DNA from: Thermoplasmatota archaeon
GTDB taxonomy: Archaea; Thermoplasmatota; E2; JACPAO01; JAHFTW01
Reading direction: 5' to 3'
NCBI GenBank assembly: GCA_041601615.1
Contig: JBFIHX010000002.1
Coordinates: 286,840 to 350,839 of the forward strand
Length of the DNA: 64,000 nucleotides
The translations under genes and the position numbers were made by a program. Every line of letters starts with the position of its first letter. The stretch's first letter is position 1. The notes under the pieces were generated by a model. That model was not told where the DNA came from. It saw only the letters and a list, made by a program, of their open reading frames with translations, and did not search any database. Below, in pieces: positions 29,923-37,773 of this stretch.

Positions 29923-30333
29923 TCACGCTCCCGAGATGTGGAGTTTGTAGCGTTGCCCGGTCTCCGTCGTGTTGGTTACGACGGCTTCCAGGCTGTCCGA
30001 AAATCGAAGAGGGCTTTCCTTGCGAGTCCAGCGTAGGACGCCGGCTTCGTCACCATGCGAATACCGCTTGACCGAGCCGTCCAAGGACAGGCTTAGGGTA
30101 ACGCCGGGGGGCAGGTGGATATTGTAGAGTAGAATCTCGCCCGATCCCCGGTAGGTCAAGACGCGGCGCTCCCCGGCGAAGAGTTGCGGGTTGTCGTTGG
30201 CACCGGGAGAGTCGATCTGGAACGGGTGCGCTCCGTCTCCGGCTAGGTCTGCGATGCCTTCCCAGACCGTCCCCGCGAGTTCTTCCCGAGTCACGGCGCG
30301 GGGCCGGGGTTCTCGAATGGCTATGAGTGCCAC
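29923..30333 (-). CDS. Putative minor capsid/penton-like beta protein
   Basis: 136 aa beta pattern (YRGSGEILLY, VTLSLSLDG, LRFSDSLEAVVTN); function inferred from position. Confidence 0.45.
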   Translation of the reverse strand: MALIAIREPRPRAVTREELAGTVWEGIADLAGDGAHPFQIDSPGANDNPQLFAGERRVLTYRGSGEILLYNIHLPPGVTLSLSLDGSVKRYSHGDEAGVLRWTRKESPLRFSDSLEAVVTNTTETGQRYKLHISGA

Positions 30334-30497
30334 CCCCGCCGGGGTTTCTTGTGTCGTGGAACCCGAAGGTAGTGGGGGACGCGGTGTTTGGCTTGGAAGG
30401 CCGGGGCACGGCTCCGCTTGTATTCGTCGTCAAAGCGGGGGCCGTGGCCGGTGGCGGTGAAGCCGTCGCGTTGCGGTTCGCGGCGTTCCTTGGCCAT
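30321..30497 (-). CDS. Small basic protein (58 aa), candidate DNA-binding core protein; not in ORF track
   Basis: TAATG overlap start; MAKERREPQ...RVPRHKKPRRGWHS. Confidence 0.6.
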   Translation of the reverse strand: MAKERREPQRDGFTATGHGPRFDDEYKRSRAPAFQAKHRVPHYLRVPRHKKPRRGWHS

Positions 30498-30901
30498 TAC
30501 GAGCGACCTCCAAGGGTCAATAGGCCAACGACCAGCACCGCACCGGCAGCGACGACCACAACCGTGAGCTTGCCTAGCTCTTGACGGTCATTCTCTTGCG
30601 TCGTTGCGGGGGGCTGGCCGAAGGCGTTGAAGAGGCCAGTTTTGCGATCAAAGAGCACCCATGTTTCGGGCACTCCGTCGCCGTTGGTATCCACGGGGGT
30701 CTTGTCAAGTGGGGGATTGACGGCGCGGCTTACGTCGTCAGCCACGTTGCCCACTTGGTTCAAGAGAAGCGACCCACCGCCAAGGGCCGCAAGGGGGAAC
30801 ACGGCGGGCTTTAGGACGCGGCCCGCGCCGCTACTAAACCGCATGAATCCGCGACCAAATCCAGCAAGATTCGAGGCCCGAACCGCTGGGGCTGGACTCA
30901 T
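30497..30901 (-). CDS. Virion membrane protein
   Basis: Hydrophobic segment, DTNGDG Ca-loop-like motif, C-terminal TM; ATGA overlap. Confidence 0.65.
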   Translation of the reverse strand: MSPAPAVRASNLAGFGRGFMRFSSGAGRVLKPAVFPLAALGGGSLLLNQVGNVADDVSRAVNPPLDKTPVDTNGDGVPETWVLFDRKTGLFNAFGQPPATTQENDRQELGKLTVVVVAAGAVLVVGLLTLGGRS

Positions 30902-31887
30902 GAGACGAGCCCCCGGAAGAATTTCTTAGTGGACTTGTAGCCCGAGGAAACGGCGCTACTCGTGTCCTTGGCGGCGTCCCTTGTGGCGTTGACCACGCTT
31001 TCTTGGACGGTGCCCCGGTAGGCTTGGCGAAGGTTGCCGCGCACCGATCCACGACCAACCACGCCCGTCGCCACCGCGCCAACAGCGGCAAGGGGCAAGG
31101 CTACGGATTTGACCGCGACTTCGGCTTCATGTTCCACGGCTTTCGGAGTTAGGAATGCAATGGTTTTCTCGGCGGCGTTGCCCCGATCTAGGGCGTCAAG
31201 GGCGCCGGATTTTTCGAGCACGGCAGTTCCGCCGAGGCCAAGGGCCACGCCGGCAGCGGCAGCCCCACCGTAAGCAACGGGCGGGGCGCGAAGAAGCGCG
31301 GTGCTGCGAGTTGCAAGGTTTCCAAGTCGTGCGGTGCGCGTGGCGTTTTGGACGCCAAACGCATTGAGCCGGGATTGGGCGCCGCCCTTGGCCACGGCTC
31401 CGGCGCCGCCGCGAAGGAGGCTTGCGCCGCCTCGGGCAATGGCGCCCCCGGCGCTCTTGATCAGCGGGGCACCAAACGCTAGAGCAAGGCCGACGTTTGC
31501 AAGATCGGCAACTTGGCTAAACCTGGATGCACTCGCGGAGTCGGATGCGATTTCGTTGTTGATGCGGCGTTGTTCAGTTTCATTGGCGGCGTTGGCGCGG
31601 CGCAATTCGTCAAGGACGGCGGATTCGTATTCGGGACTAAACGCGGGCCCAAGACCCCCGCCTTGGGAACTCGCTTCGGGGTTTGGGGGGTTGGAATAGT
31701 CGTAGTATTGGCCGGTGCTTGGGTCGTAGGCATAGGCGCCGTCGGAGAGTCCGCCAAAGCCGGCGCCCTGTCCGCCAAGACCGGGGGCCGTTGGTTGCGG
31801 GCCTTGGTTGGCTTCGACTCGGGTGGCGGCGTAAGCGAGGCCCCCGAGTCCGATGAGGCCGAGTGCGATCAAGGCGGTTCGATCCAT
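30898..31887 (-). CDS. Ala/Gly-rich membrane-anchored virion protein (DNA delivery candidate)
   Basis: N-terminal TM MDRTALIALGLIGLGGLAYA, coiled coil, glycine-zipper segments; directly after the MCP. Confidence 0.65.
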   Translation of the reverse strand: MDRTALIALGLIGLGGLAYAATRVEANQGPQPTAPGLGGQGAGFGGLSDGAYAYDPSTGQYYDYSNPPNPEASSQGGGLGPAFSPEYESAVLDELRRANAANETEQRRINNEIASDSASASRFSQVADLANVGLALAFGAPLIKSAGGAIARGGASLLRGGAGAVAKGGAQSRLNAFGVQNATRTARLGNLATRSTALLRAPPVAYGGAAAAGVALGLGGTAVLEKSGALDALDRGNAAEKTIAFLTPKAVEHEAEVAVKSVALPLAAVGAVATGVVGRGSVRGNLRQAYRGTVQESVVNATRDAAKDTSSAVSSGYKSTKKFFRGLVS

Positions 31888-31892
31888 GAATC

Positions 31893-32750
31893 TCAAGCCG
31901 AAGCTTGGACCTCCAAGACCACCATGGTTAGGCTTCCGTTGGCTTCGGGGTTGGTGTTGACGACTAATTCGAGGGTGTCCATTCCCTTGGTTCGCAGGGC
32001 TTGCGATCCGTCCCCGAATACGTCGAAGTTGACGACGGCCCAATCCATGGGGGTTTCGTCCATCTCGAAGTCTGCGCGGTTTTCTTCGCGCAGTTGATCC
32101 CAGGGTTCGCGGGTGCGGTGAAACTTCACGCCGTCTTGGATCACGGACACCGACCGAAGCAAGGTCGGGGAGCTTGGGACCAAGAGAATTGCTTGGATCA
32201 CTTGGCCGTCTCGAATGTCGATCCCGGTTTCTCCTTCGACGCTTTGAAGATCCTTGTACACGGTCTTGCGCACGATCAAGGGGACTTTGCCAACGTCCTG
32301 GCCTTCGTTGATGATCTCGCGGGCGTAAATCGCCACGTTGCCGCCGACAATGGCGGTGTGATCCCCACCGGCGGCTTGCAGCTCATTGACTCCGGCAAAG
32401 GTAACGTGCAATTCGAGACTCGTAAACAGGAACGTTGGGAGCATCCCAAGGTCCAGGTACGCAAAGCCGAGGCCGGGGGCTTGGTCCTTGTAGGCGAGGA
32501 TGTTCAAGCGGCGTAGGTTCTCGAACGACAGGTTCGTGGTGGTCAGTTGTCCGCCGATCGTGAGTTCTATTCGCTTGATCATGCGGTTGGCGGCGTCTGC
32601 CGTGAACGCGCCACCAGATCCCCCCGCGAGGGCGCCGGGATTGACTTTGAGGCGAAGGCGGTTGAGAAAGTGCTGCCGTGGAATCGAGACGCGGACTGAT
32701 CCGCCGTCTTCGTATGGCACCACCTTGAACGGGCGCGTGATCACGGCCAA
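31893..32750 (-). CDS. Double jelly-roll major capsid protein (PM2/STIV-like)
   Basis: 285 aa with two internally similar halves: IKRIELTIGG..LRRLN and LRSVSVIQDG..LREEN, then VVNFDVFGD..ALRT..TLEL. Resembles PM2 P2 as recalled; downstream of the ATPase. Confidence 0.75.
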   Translation of the reverse strand: MAVITRPFKVVPYEDGGSVRVSIPRQHFLNRLRLKVNPGALAGGSGGAFTADAANRMIKRIELTIGGQLTTTNLSFENLRRLNILAYKDQAPGLGFAYLDLGMLPTFLFTSLELHVTFAGVNELQAAGGDHTAIVGGNVAIYAREIINEGQDVGKVPLIVRKTVYKDLQSVEGETGIDIRDGQVIQAILLVPSSPTLLRSVSVIQDGVKFHRTREPWDQLREENRADFEMDETPMDWAVVNFDVFGDGSQALRTKGMDTLELVVNTNPEANGSLTMVVLEVQASA

Positions 32751-32754
32751 GGGT

Positions 32755-32991
32755 TCACACTCCGCCGGCGATTCGGATTCCGGCCGTGACGAATCCGCCG
32801 CCGGCGCCGATCATGATGGTTCGGCCCCAGCCCTTGGATTTGTACGCAAGGGCGACGAGGGCGAGCCCGGCGGCGGCTTTCAGGGCGCCGTCGATCTTGG
32901 GGTCTGGATGGGAGGGAAGGGGGAGACGGGTTCCGTAGGCGCCGATGGCGCCCGATAGGGCCGTGCTGACGATTGCTTGGGTTGCGGTCAT
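32755..32991 (-). CDS. Small hydrophobic membrane protein
   Basis: 78 aa, 2-3 Gly/Ala-rich TM segments, GGAG upstream. Confidence 0.65.
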   Translation of the reverse strand: MTATQAIVSTALSGAIGAYGTRLPLPSHPDPKIDGALKAAAGLALVALAYKSKGWGRTIMIGAGGGFVTAGIRIAGGV

Positions 32992-32998
32992 TGGGGGT

Positions 32999-33202
32999 CT
33001 AAGGCTCCTGCCAATCGCTTGGCGGAAGACTAACGCGACGGCAGGCAACTTCTACCGTTACCCGCCCCCCTCGGGGCCTTTCTCGGTGCTTCTGGATCGA
33101 GTGGTTTAGCAATCCTTCCCAGGAGGGAAAGACGGGGGCCATCCATCCACGGGCTTCGCATTTGCAGCACAACCAACCAACGCGCCTACTGGCCAATTCC
33201 AT
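32999..33202 (-). CDS. Small Zn-finger protein (CxxC...HxxxxH)
   Basis: WLCCKCEARG...LLNHSIQKH; GAAGGTG before ATG. Confidence 0.55.
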   Translation of the reverse strand: MELASRRVGWLCCKCEARGWMAPVFPSWEGLLNHSIQKHRERPRGGRVTVEVACRRVSLPPSDWQEP

Positions 33203-33923
33203 CACCTTCAACAGGAGGGGACGGGGGTTGGTCGAGGGAGGGCCCCGAGGGGCCCCGAGGGGTCGCCATTGCTTTTCGGGGTTCGAGGCGGCAGGGTAGG
33301 ACCGCGCCTTGTTCGGCGCTCCAAAACGCAAAGTCTCCGATTCCGAACGACTTCATGCGCTGGACGGCCTCGCGTCCAAAGGCGGGTTCTAATGCGCGTT
33401 CGTCACCGGGAAAGGGCCGGGTGCTGACTCGGTAGGCTCCGGCGCCAAAGGTCAAGGGAATTTGCGCGAGGCGATGCGCGGCCCAGACCTTGGCTAGTTG
33501 GTTGGGTTTCTTGTGTCCAAGTTCTACGAGGTCTTGACACGCCGGGGGCAAGTCGCTAAGGCGCTTGGAGTCGGCGGTGATTCGTTGAAATTCGTCGGTG
33601 ACGACGACGGCCTTGTGAAACCGCATGGCGATTCGGCAAAAGTCGTTGTATGCCGAAAGGAGGGCTTCGCGTCCGGCGCTGCTTGGGGGGCTTGGCCATA
33701 CGACGAAGGGGGCTTTTCGGGCGGCGGCTTCCATTTCGGTGGCGGTGTGGACGACGACGGCAAAGTCGGCGTAGTCTGGTTTGGCGCCGCTTCGGGGTGG
33801 TGCGGCCCAGAAGGCGCCGCGTCCAATGCTTTGGGCCCAGGCGGCGATGAATGTGGTTTTGCCGGTGCCGTAGTCGCCGGTTACGAGGGCACTTTTGCCG
33901 GGTTCGAGGCTTGGAAGGTTCAC
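33186..33923 (-). CDS. Genome-packaging ATPase (FtsK-HerA/A32-P9 type)
   Basis: Walker A GDYGTGKT at the N-terminus, Walker B VVVTDE, LVELGHK, WAAHR; 245 aa, upstream of the MCP. Confidence 0.75.
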   Translation of the reverse strand: MNLPSLEPGKSALVTGDYGTGKTTFIAAWAQSIGRGAFWAAPPRSGAKPDYADFAVVVHTATEMEAAARKAPFVVWPSPPSSAGREALLSAYNDFCRIAMRFHKAVVVTDEFQRITADSKRLSDLPPACQDLVELGHKKPNQLAKVWAAHRLAQIPLTFGAGAYRVSTRPFPGDERALEPAFGREAVQRMKSFGIGDFAFWSAEQGAVLPCRLEPRKAMATPRGPSGPSLDQPPSPPVEGDGIGQ

Positions 33924-34093
33924 GCGGTTGGCCCCCCGTCTTTGGTGGCGTCGTGGAGTCGTTGCCGTAAGTGTTCGACGCGGCGGGGGTTGTGCTGGAA
34001 CCAGTCTTGGACGATGGGCTTGAAGTGGGTCCAGGTGGCGCCAAAGAGTTCGGCGCCTAGGTCGTTCACGATTTCTTGGAGGGTTTCAGTCAT
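33920..34093 (-). CDS. Small helical protein (57 aa), paralog B
   Basis: MTETLQEIVNDLGAELFGATW...; GGAGG upstream; stop overlaps the ATPase GTG. Confidence 0.7.
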   Translation of the reverse strand: MTETLQEIVNDLGAELFGATWTHFKPIVQDWFQHNPRRVEHLRQRLHDATKDGGPTA

Positions 34094-34259
34094 GGTCCCA
34101 GACCTCCAAGAGTTCGTGGGCGTAGTGTACGAGTTCCCTGGCTTTGCCGGGGTTTTCCCGCATCCATACCCGGAGGCGTCCGCGTAGATCGAACCAGTCG
34201 TACCCGAAGGCGTCCCCGGCGAGTTGATCCACAACGGCAAGAAGTCCCGCGTAGTTCAT
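34086..34259 (-). CDS. Small helical protein (57 aa), paralog A; not in ORF track
   Basis: MNYAGLLAVVDQLAGDAFGYDW...; ATGA overlap with the upstream gene. Confidence 0.7.
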   Translation of the reverse strand: MNYAGLLAVVDQLAGDAFGYDWFDLRGRLRVWMRENPGKARELVHYAHELLEVWDHD

Positions 34260-35290
34260 TCGGCAACGCCTCCGGCTTGGGCAAGTATTCCGTCCCAGTA
34301 TGGGTCGCCGGTGCCGCCGGTTTGGGGCTCGGGTTGATCTTCGGGTTCGGGTTGGGCGTCGTCGTTTTGGGGTGTGGTTTCGGGTGGGGCGCGGTCGGCG
34401 TAGATTCCTTTTCGACTGGCTACGAGCATTCCGAGGCTTGCGCCGCTGGCGATGAGGGCGGTAAGGGGGTGGTCGATGGGCAAGTCTGGAAAGTACAGGT
34501 CAAGGCAGGCGTGGACGGCGCGTGGAAAGCCCGTTTCGCGTACTTCGTCCACGTTCAAGGCGCCGTCTTCCTGTTTTCCAAGGGCCAAGCCGTTGATCAT
34601 GGCCGTTACGCCGCCGGCTATGATGGGTTCAAGGGGCACCTGGACGCGGGGCGCTGGCCGGGATTGGGTGGGGTCGCCGTTGGGGGTGTTTGGGTCGGGT
34701 AGGAGGGGGCCGACTTCGGGGGGTGGGGCAAAGGAGACCATGAGGGTCCCTGATTCTTCAGGAGTGGTGGGGTCTGGAATCGGGTTCGCTTCGGGTCCGT
34801 GGGTGGGTTTCGGGTTGGGTGGGGTTTGGGTCTCCTGTTGGGGCGTGTGTTTTGGTTCGGGTTGGGTTGGGTCTGGTGGGTTGGGTTCGGGTTCAATTGG
34901 GTCTAATCGGGTGGGTTCCCCTTCTGTTGGTGGTGGGTCTGGGTGGGTTGGTTCCGGGTTGGGTGTGGGTCGGGTCTCGGGTCGGGTGTTTGGGTCGGGT
35001 CCTCGGGACCCGGTGGGTGGGTGTCGGAGACCCGTTTTTGGACCCGATTTGGGTGGGTCTTGGGTGGGTTGGTTGAGCAGGGTGGCTAGGCCCGCGAGTG
35101 GGTCCATTTTGGGTTCGGGTTCGGGTTGTGTGGGTTGTTGGCGGTGGGTGTGGTGGTCGGTGTCCTTGCTCATTTGGACATGGGCGCCGAGTGCGCCGGG
35201 GTTGCGGAAGCGGCGTCCGCATACGGGGCATTGGTGGCGTGGTGGCCGGATTGGCCGTTTTTGGTCGGGGGTGGTGGTGTTTGGGGGCAT
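34256..35290 (-). CDS. C2H2 Zn-finger protein with long Pro/Thr/Glu linker and helical C-terminal domain
   Basis: HQCPVCGRRFRNPGALGAHVQMSKD; first large gene of the operon. Confidence 0.7.
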   Translation of the reverse strand: MPPNTTTPDQKRPIRPPRHQCPVCGRRFRNPGALGAHVQMSKDTDHHTHRQQPTQPEPEPKMDPLAGLATLLNQPTQDPPKSGPKTGLRHPPTGSRGPDPNTRPETRPTPNPEPTHPDPPPTEGEPTRLDPIEPEPNPPDPTQPEPKHTPQQETQTPPNPKPTHGPEANPIPDPTTPEESGTLMVSFAPPPEVGPLLPDPNTPNGDPTQSRPAPRVQVPLEPIIAGGVTAMINGLALGKQEDGALNVDEVRETGFPRAVHACLDLYFPDLPIDHPLTALIASGASLGMLVASRKGIYADRAPPETTPQNDDAQPEPEDQPEPQTGGTGDPYWDGILAQAGGVAE

Positions 35291-35499
35291 GAGCCTGAAG
35301 GCTCGGCGCGGTTTGACTGCCGGGTGGCGTCGAGGGTGCAATCAAAGTGGGTTGCAATCAAAGGGGCGAGCCGTCGCGGTTTGCGGCGGTCGTTGCTCAA
35401 GGTGGGTTTGCGTGTTTCCGGTTTGCAGTCAGGAGGGTTCGGGGGCACGGAGTCACCTAAGCAAGCCGTGACTGCGGCGGCTCGCCCAACTGACTTGAG

Positions 35500-35690
35500 C
35501 TGTCAATCAATCTATTAACTAATTGGTTGAATGATTGGACTATATTTCAAAATAACTAAAACTTTGCAGCAAATAGGACTAATTATAGAATATAAGTTCT
35601 TGTCGCCAATATTATAACTCTTAATAAAGTCATAACGATAATAAATCCTGATTGACTCGACTAATAAAACAAATTATATGGTGGGCAAGT
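35500..35690. promoter_or_regulatory. AT-rich control region upstream of the virion operon
   Basis: Abrupt AT-rich intergenic stretch with several TATA-like runs and TCAATC/GATTGA motifs. Confidence 0.5.
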
Positions 35691-35700
35691 TGGACAGTGA

Positions 35701-35785
35701 CGCGACGGGAAGGATTCGAACCCTCGGATTCGCCAGAATCGCCCGATCTTAAGTCGGGTGCAATAGGCCACTCTGCCACCGCCGC
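35701..35785 (-). tRNA. tRNA with anticodon UAA (Leu codon) and a Ser-like body
   Basis: GCGGCGG TG GCAG-AGTGGCCTA-TTGC A CCCGA-CTTAAGA-TCGGG C GATTC-TGGC-GAATC C GAGGG-TTCGAAT-CCTTC CCGTCGC G; all stems pair; TATA-like CTTAAA ~30 nt upstream. Confidence 0.9.
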
Positions 35786-36014
35786 AGTAGGGGGAGATAA
35801 CACCGCCCTGGCCGGTTTAAGCGTTGTTTTTTGAGGGCCATTTTCCCGTTTTGCATATGTTATTATACAGAATCTCTTTTACAACTACTAGCCAGAATCG
35901 CTCGACGCCCCCTCGCGGGGAAAACGCTCCCTCGGGAGCGGAGTCGGGGGCGGGGCGGGAAGTTGAGCTCACCTTTAGGGAGACGCGCCCGCCCCGTTTT
36001 TTCATTCACGGGGC

Positions 36015-36671
36015 TTATTGTGCCCCAGATTCAAACGGATTCGGAAGATTTGATTTTCCTCGCCTTTTTTTCGCCCCTTTACTGCCCCGATGGCTCACCA
36101 TATGGCCGTTTTCCCTTAGTTTTTTCCTCGCAATAGATTCGGAGCGGCGAAAACCTTTAGAATCTCTAGGCGTCTTTATATAATTAACTTGCCCAAATTC
36201 ATTCTGCACTTCCAATATTCTATCTCTCACTTTACAAAGATGCTGTTTATCCCCCGTAAGTGCGTGTAGGTAATACCACGCCGTTTGACTATCCGTAAAA
36301 CACCTAACTCGGCATGCTTCTGGATTCCGTAATATTTTTCTGGCTTCAAGCAGGCCCAACAAGATTGCCTCCATTTCAGCTTGATTAGTGCTGATACTGT
36401 ATCGGTATTTTCCAGATTCTGCTAAAATAACTCCATTTTCATTTACTACAATTGCGCCCATGCCCGAAGCCCCCCACTGGCCGGGTTTGCCCGATTTTGT
36501 AGATTTAGGTCGCATCTCTGCATCACTAAAAACAACCAATTCACGCACGCTACCCGGATGTCGGCGCCGGCCTTCATGCAATTTTGGCAAGCCGCTCTTT
36601 GGGGCTGGCCACACGGGCCCTAAATAAACAGGTATATTTTTAGGTTTCGTCATAATTGCTCCGAAAGCCAT
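36015..36671 (-). CDS. RNase HI-like protein (AT-rich)
   Basis: VVFSD, GASGMGAIV, TNQAEMEAILLGL, FTDSQ, KTPRD..RSESIAR. Confidence 0.8.
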   Translation of the reverse strand: MAFGAIMTKPKNIPVYLGPVWPAPKSGLPKLHEGRRRHPGSVRELVVFSDAEMRPKSTKSGKPGQWGASGMGAIVVNENGVILAESGKYRYSISTNQAEMEAILLGLLEARKILRNPEACRVRCFTDSQTAWYYLHALTGDKQHLCKVRDRILEVQNEFGQVNYIKTPRDSKGFRRSESIARKKLRENGHMVSHRGSKGAKKRRGKSNLPNPFESGAQ

Positions 36672-36695
36672 CAGTTGAATTCTTTGTAAAATATT

Positions 36696-36857
36696 TTAAA
36701 TATCAATTTTAACTGGTTTCAGATGGACTCCACCTTCATCTATAACCCACGCCAGATGATCCCCTTTTCCCACTTTCAGGGCCACCATTACTTCTTGTGG
36801 TATCCCCATTCTTCCTGACGAATCAATGCGCCGAATTTCTGTAAAGGGCAGCTTCAC
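36696..36857 (-). CDS. AbrB/MazE/SpoVT DNA-binding protein
   Basis: RRIDSSGRMGIPQEVMVALKVGKGDHLAW; GTG start inferred. Confidence 0.78.
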   Translation of the reverse strand: MKLPFTEIRRIDSSGRMGIPQEVMVALKVGKGDHLAWVIDEGGVHLKPVKIDI

Positions 36858-36860
36858 ACC

Positions 36861-37253
36861 TTGGGGGAATTGGCAACAGTGCATAAATGGCACCGGCGAA
36901 ACGTTGAATATGCCAGTCTGCCCATATGGGCAAATATGCATCAATGCAAACCTCCCGCAAGCGATGGCGACCCACACGGCCAAGATGACGCCAATCAGTC
37001 CCCCACCCAACATGACGAAAACACGGAGAACCCACGATTCGAGTTCACCTGTGACCAGCATTTGAATGGGCCGCGAATCAACCATTCCCATTGCAACACC
37101 AAGCTGTCCAAATGGCAACTGGTCGAAAATCCAGAAGAAGGCTCCATAGGAATTTGGGCGACAACATGCCCAAAGTGCAACACCTACATCACCGTCGAAA
37201 TGGAACTAGACCGATTCCCCGAACCTGCCATGAAGCCGCGAGGTGGCGACTAA
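36861..37253 (+). CDS. Small Zn-ribbon protein (start uncertain)
   Basis: HSHC...CPKC; stop overlaps the RHH start (TAATG). Confidence 0.45.
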   Translation: MGELATVHKWHRRNVEYASLPIWANMHQCKPPASDGDPHGQDDANQSPTQHDENTENPRFEFTCDQHLNGPRINHSHCNTKLSKWQLVENPEEGSIGIWATTCPKCNTYITVEMELDRFPEPAMKPRGGD

Positions 37254-37645
37254 TGGGTGCGGGTGGCGGTAATTTCCGACAAGCCGGGATACCGGCAGAT
37301 CTTGCAAAAGAAATCGTCTACCTGATCAAAGTCCACCCGCAACTTGGGTACCGAAGCTTGTCAGAATTTGCCCGGATCGGGATCATCGAGCATTTGCGCC
37401 TGACTCGGATGCAATTGGCGTTAGAAGCAATCTGGGCCACGGCCGAATTAAGCGCCGATGCTCTCGATGCCATGCTACGGGATTCCCTGCCTCCTGCCTA
37501 CATCAAAATTCTTGATAGCGCACGACCAAATGGAAAACCACCCGCTACTACGCCATATCCGCCCCATTACGGAGACAAACAGGGCAACCGGATCAGTCCA
37601 GTCTCCCCCTCAATCCGGGCGGAGTTAGACAAGCTAACGGGCTAG
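37253..37645 (+). CDS. Ribbon-helix-helix (CopG-like) regulator
   Basis: AGIPADLAKEI...LGYRSLSEFARIGI; GAGGTG RBS. Confidence 0.75.
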   Translation: MGAGGGNFRQAGIPADLAKEIVYLIKVHPQLGYRSLSEFARIGIIEHLRLTRMQLALEAIWATAELSADALDAMLRDSLPPAYIKILDSARPNGKPPATTPYPPHYGDKQGNRISPVSPSIRAELDKLTG

Positions 37646-37758
37646 ATTCACCCCGCCCCCAATTTCGGAACTCATTCCCCGAATCCGGCTTTGCGGGATT
37701 TCTCCTTATATCCCCTATTTTTGAAACCCGATTCCCTCATTCTGTAAGGCGGCTAGAG

Positions 37759-37773
37759 TTTTGGAACGCTCGT
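37759..37773 (-). repeat. Right terminal inverted repeat
   Basis: TTTTGGAACGCTCGT. Confidence 0.9.

Larger units (their letters stand above)
25496..37773. mobile_element. Transposable provirus (DJR capsid + packaging ATPase + DDE transposase), bounded by TIRs and a 9-bp TSD
   Basis: 15-bp TIRs (14/15 match), 9-bp TSD, virion operon coupled to a transposase, host-type genes on both sides. Confidence 0.88.

Noticed and set aside
35701-35785. tRNA as the integration (att) site of the provirus
   Set aside because: No duplicate of its 3' end was seen near 25.5-26 kb, no tyrosine integrase is present, and the tRNA lies inside the TIR/TSD boundaries.
36015-36671. Retroelement (RT-RNase H)
   Set aside because: No reverse transcriptase motifs nearby.
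25496-37773. Casposon or true Polinton
   Set aside because: No Cas1, family B polymerase or retroviral-type integrase motifs were recognised.
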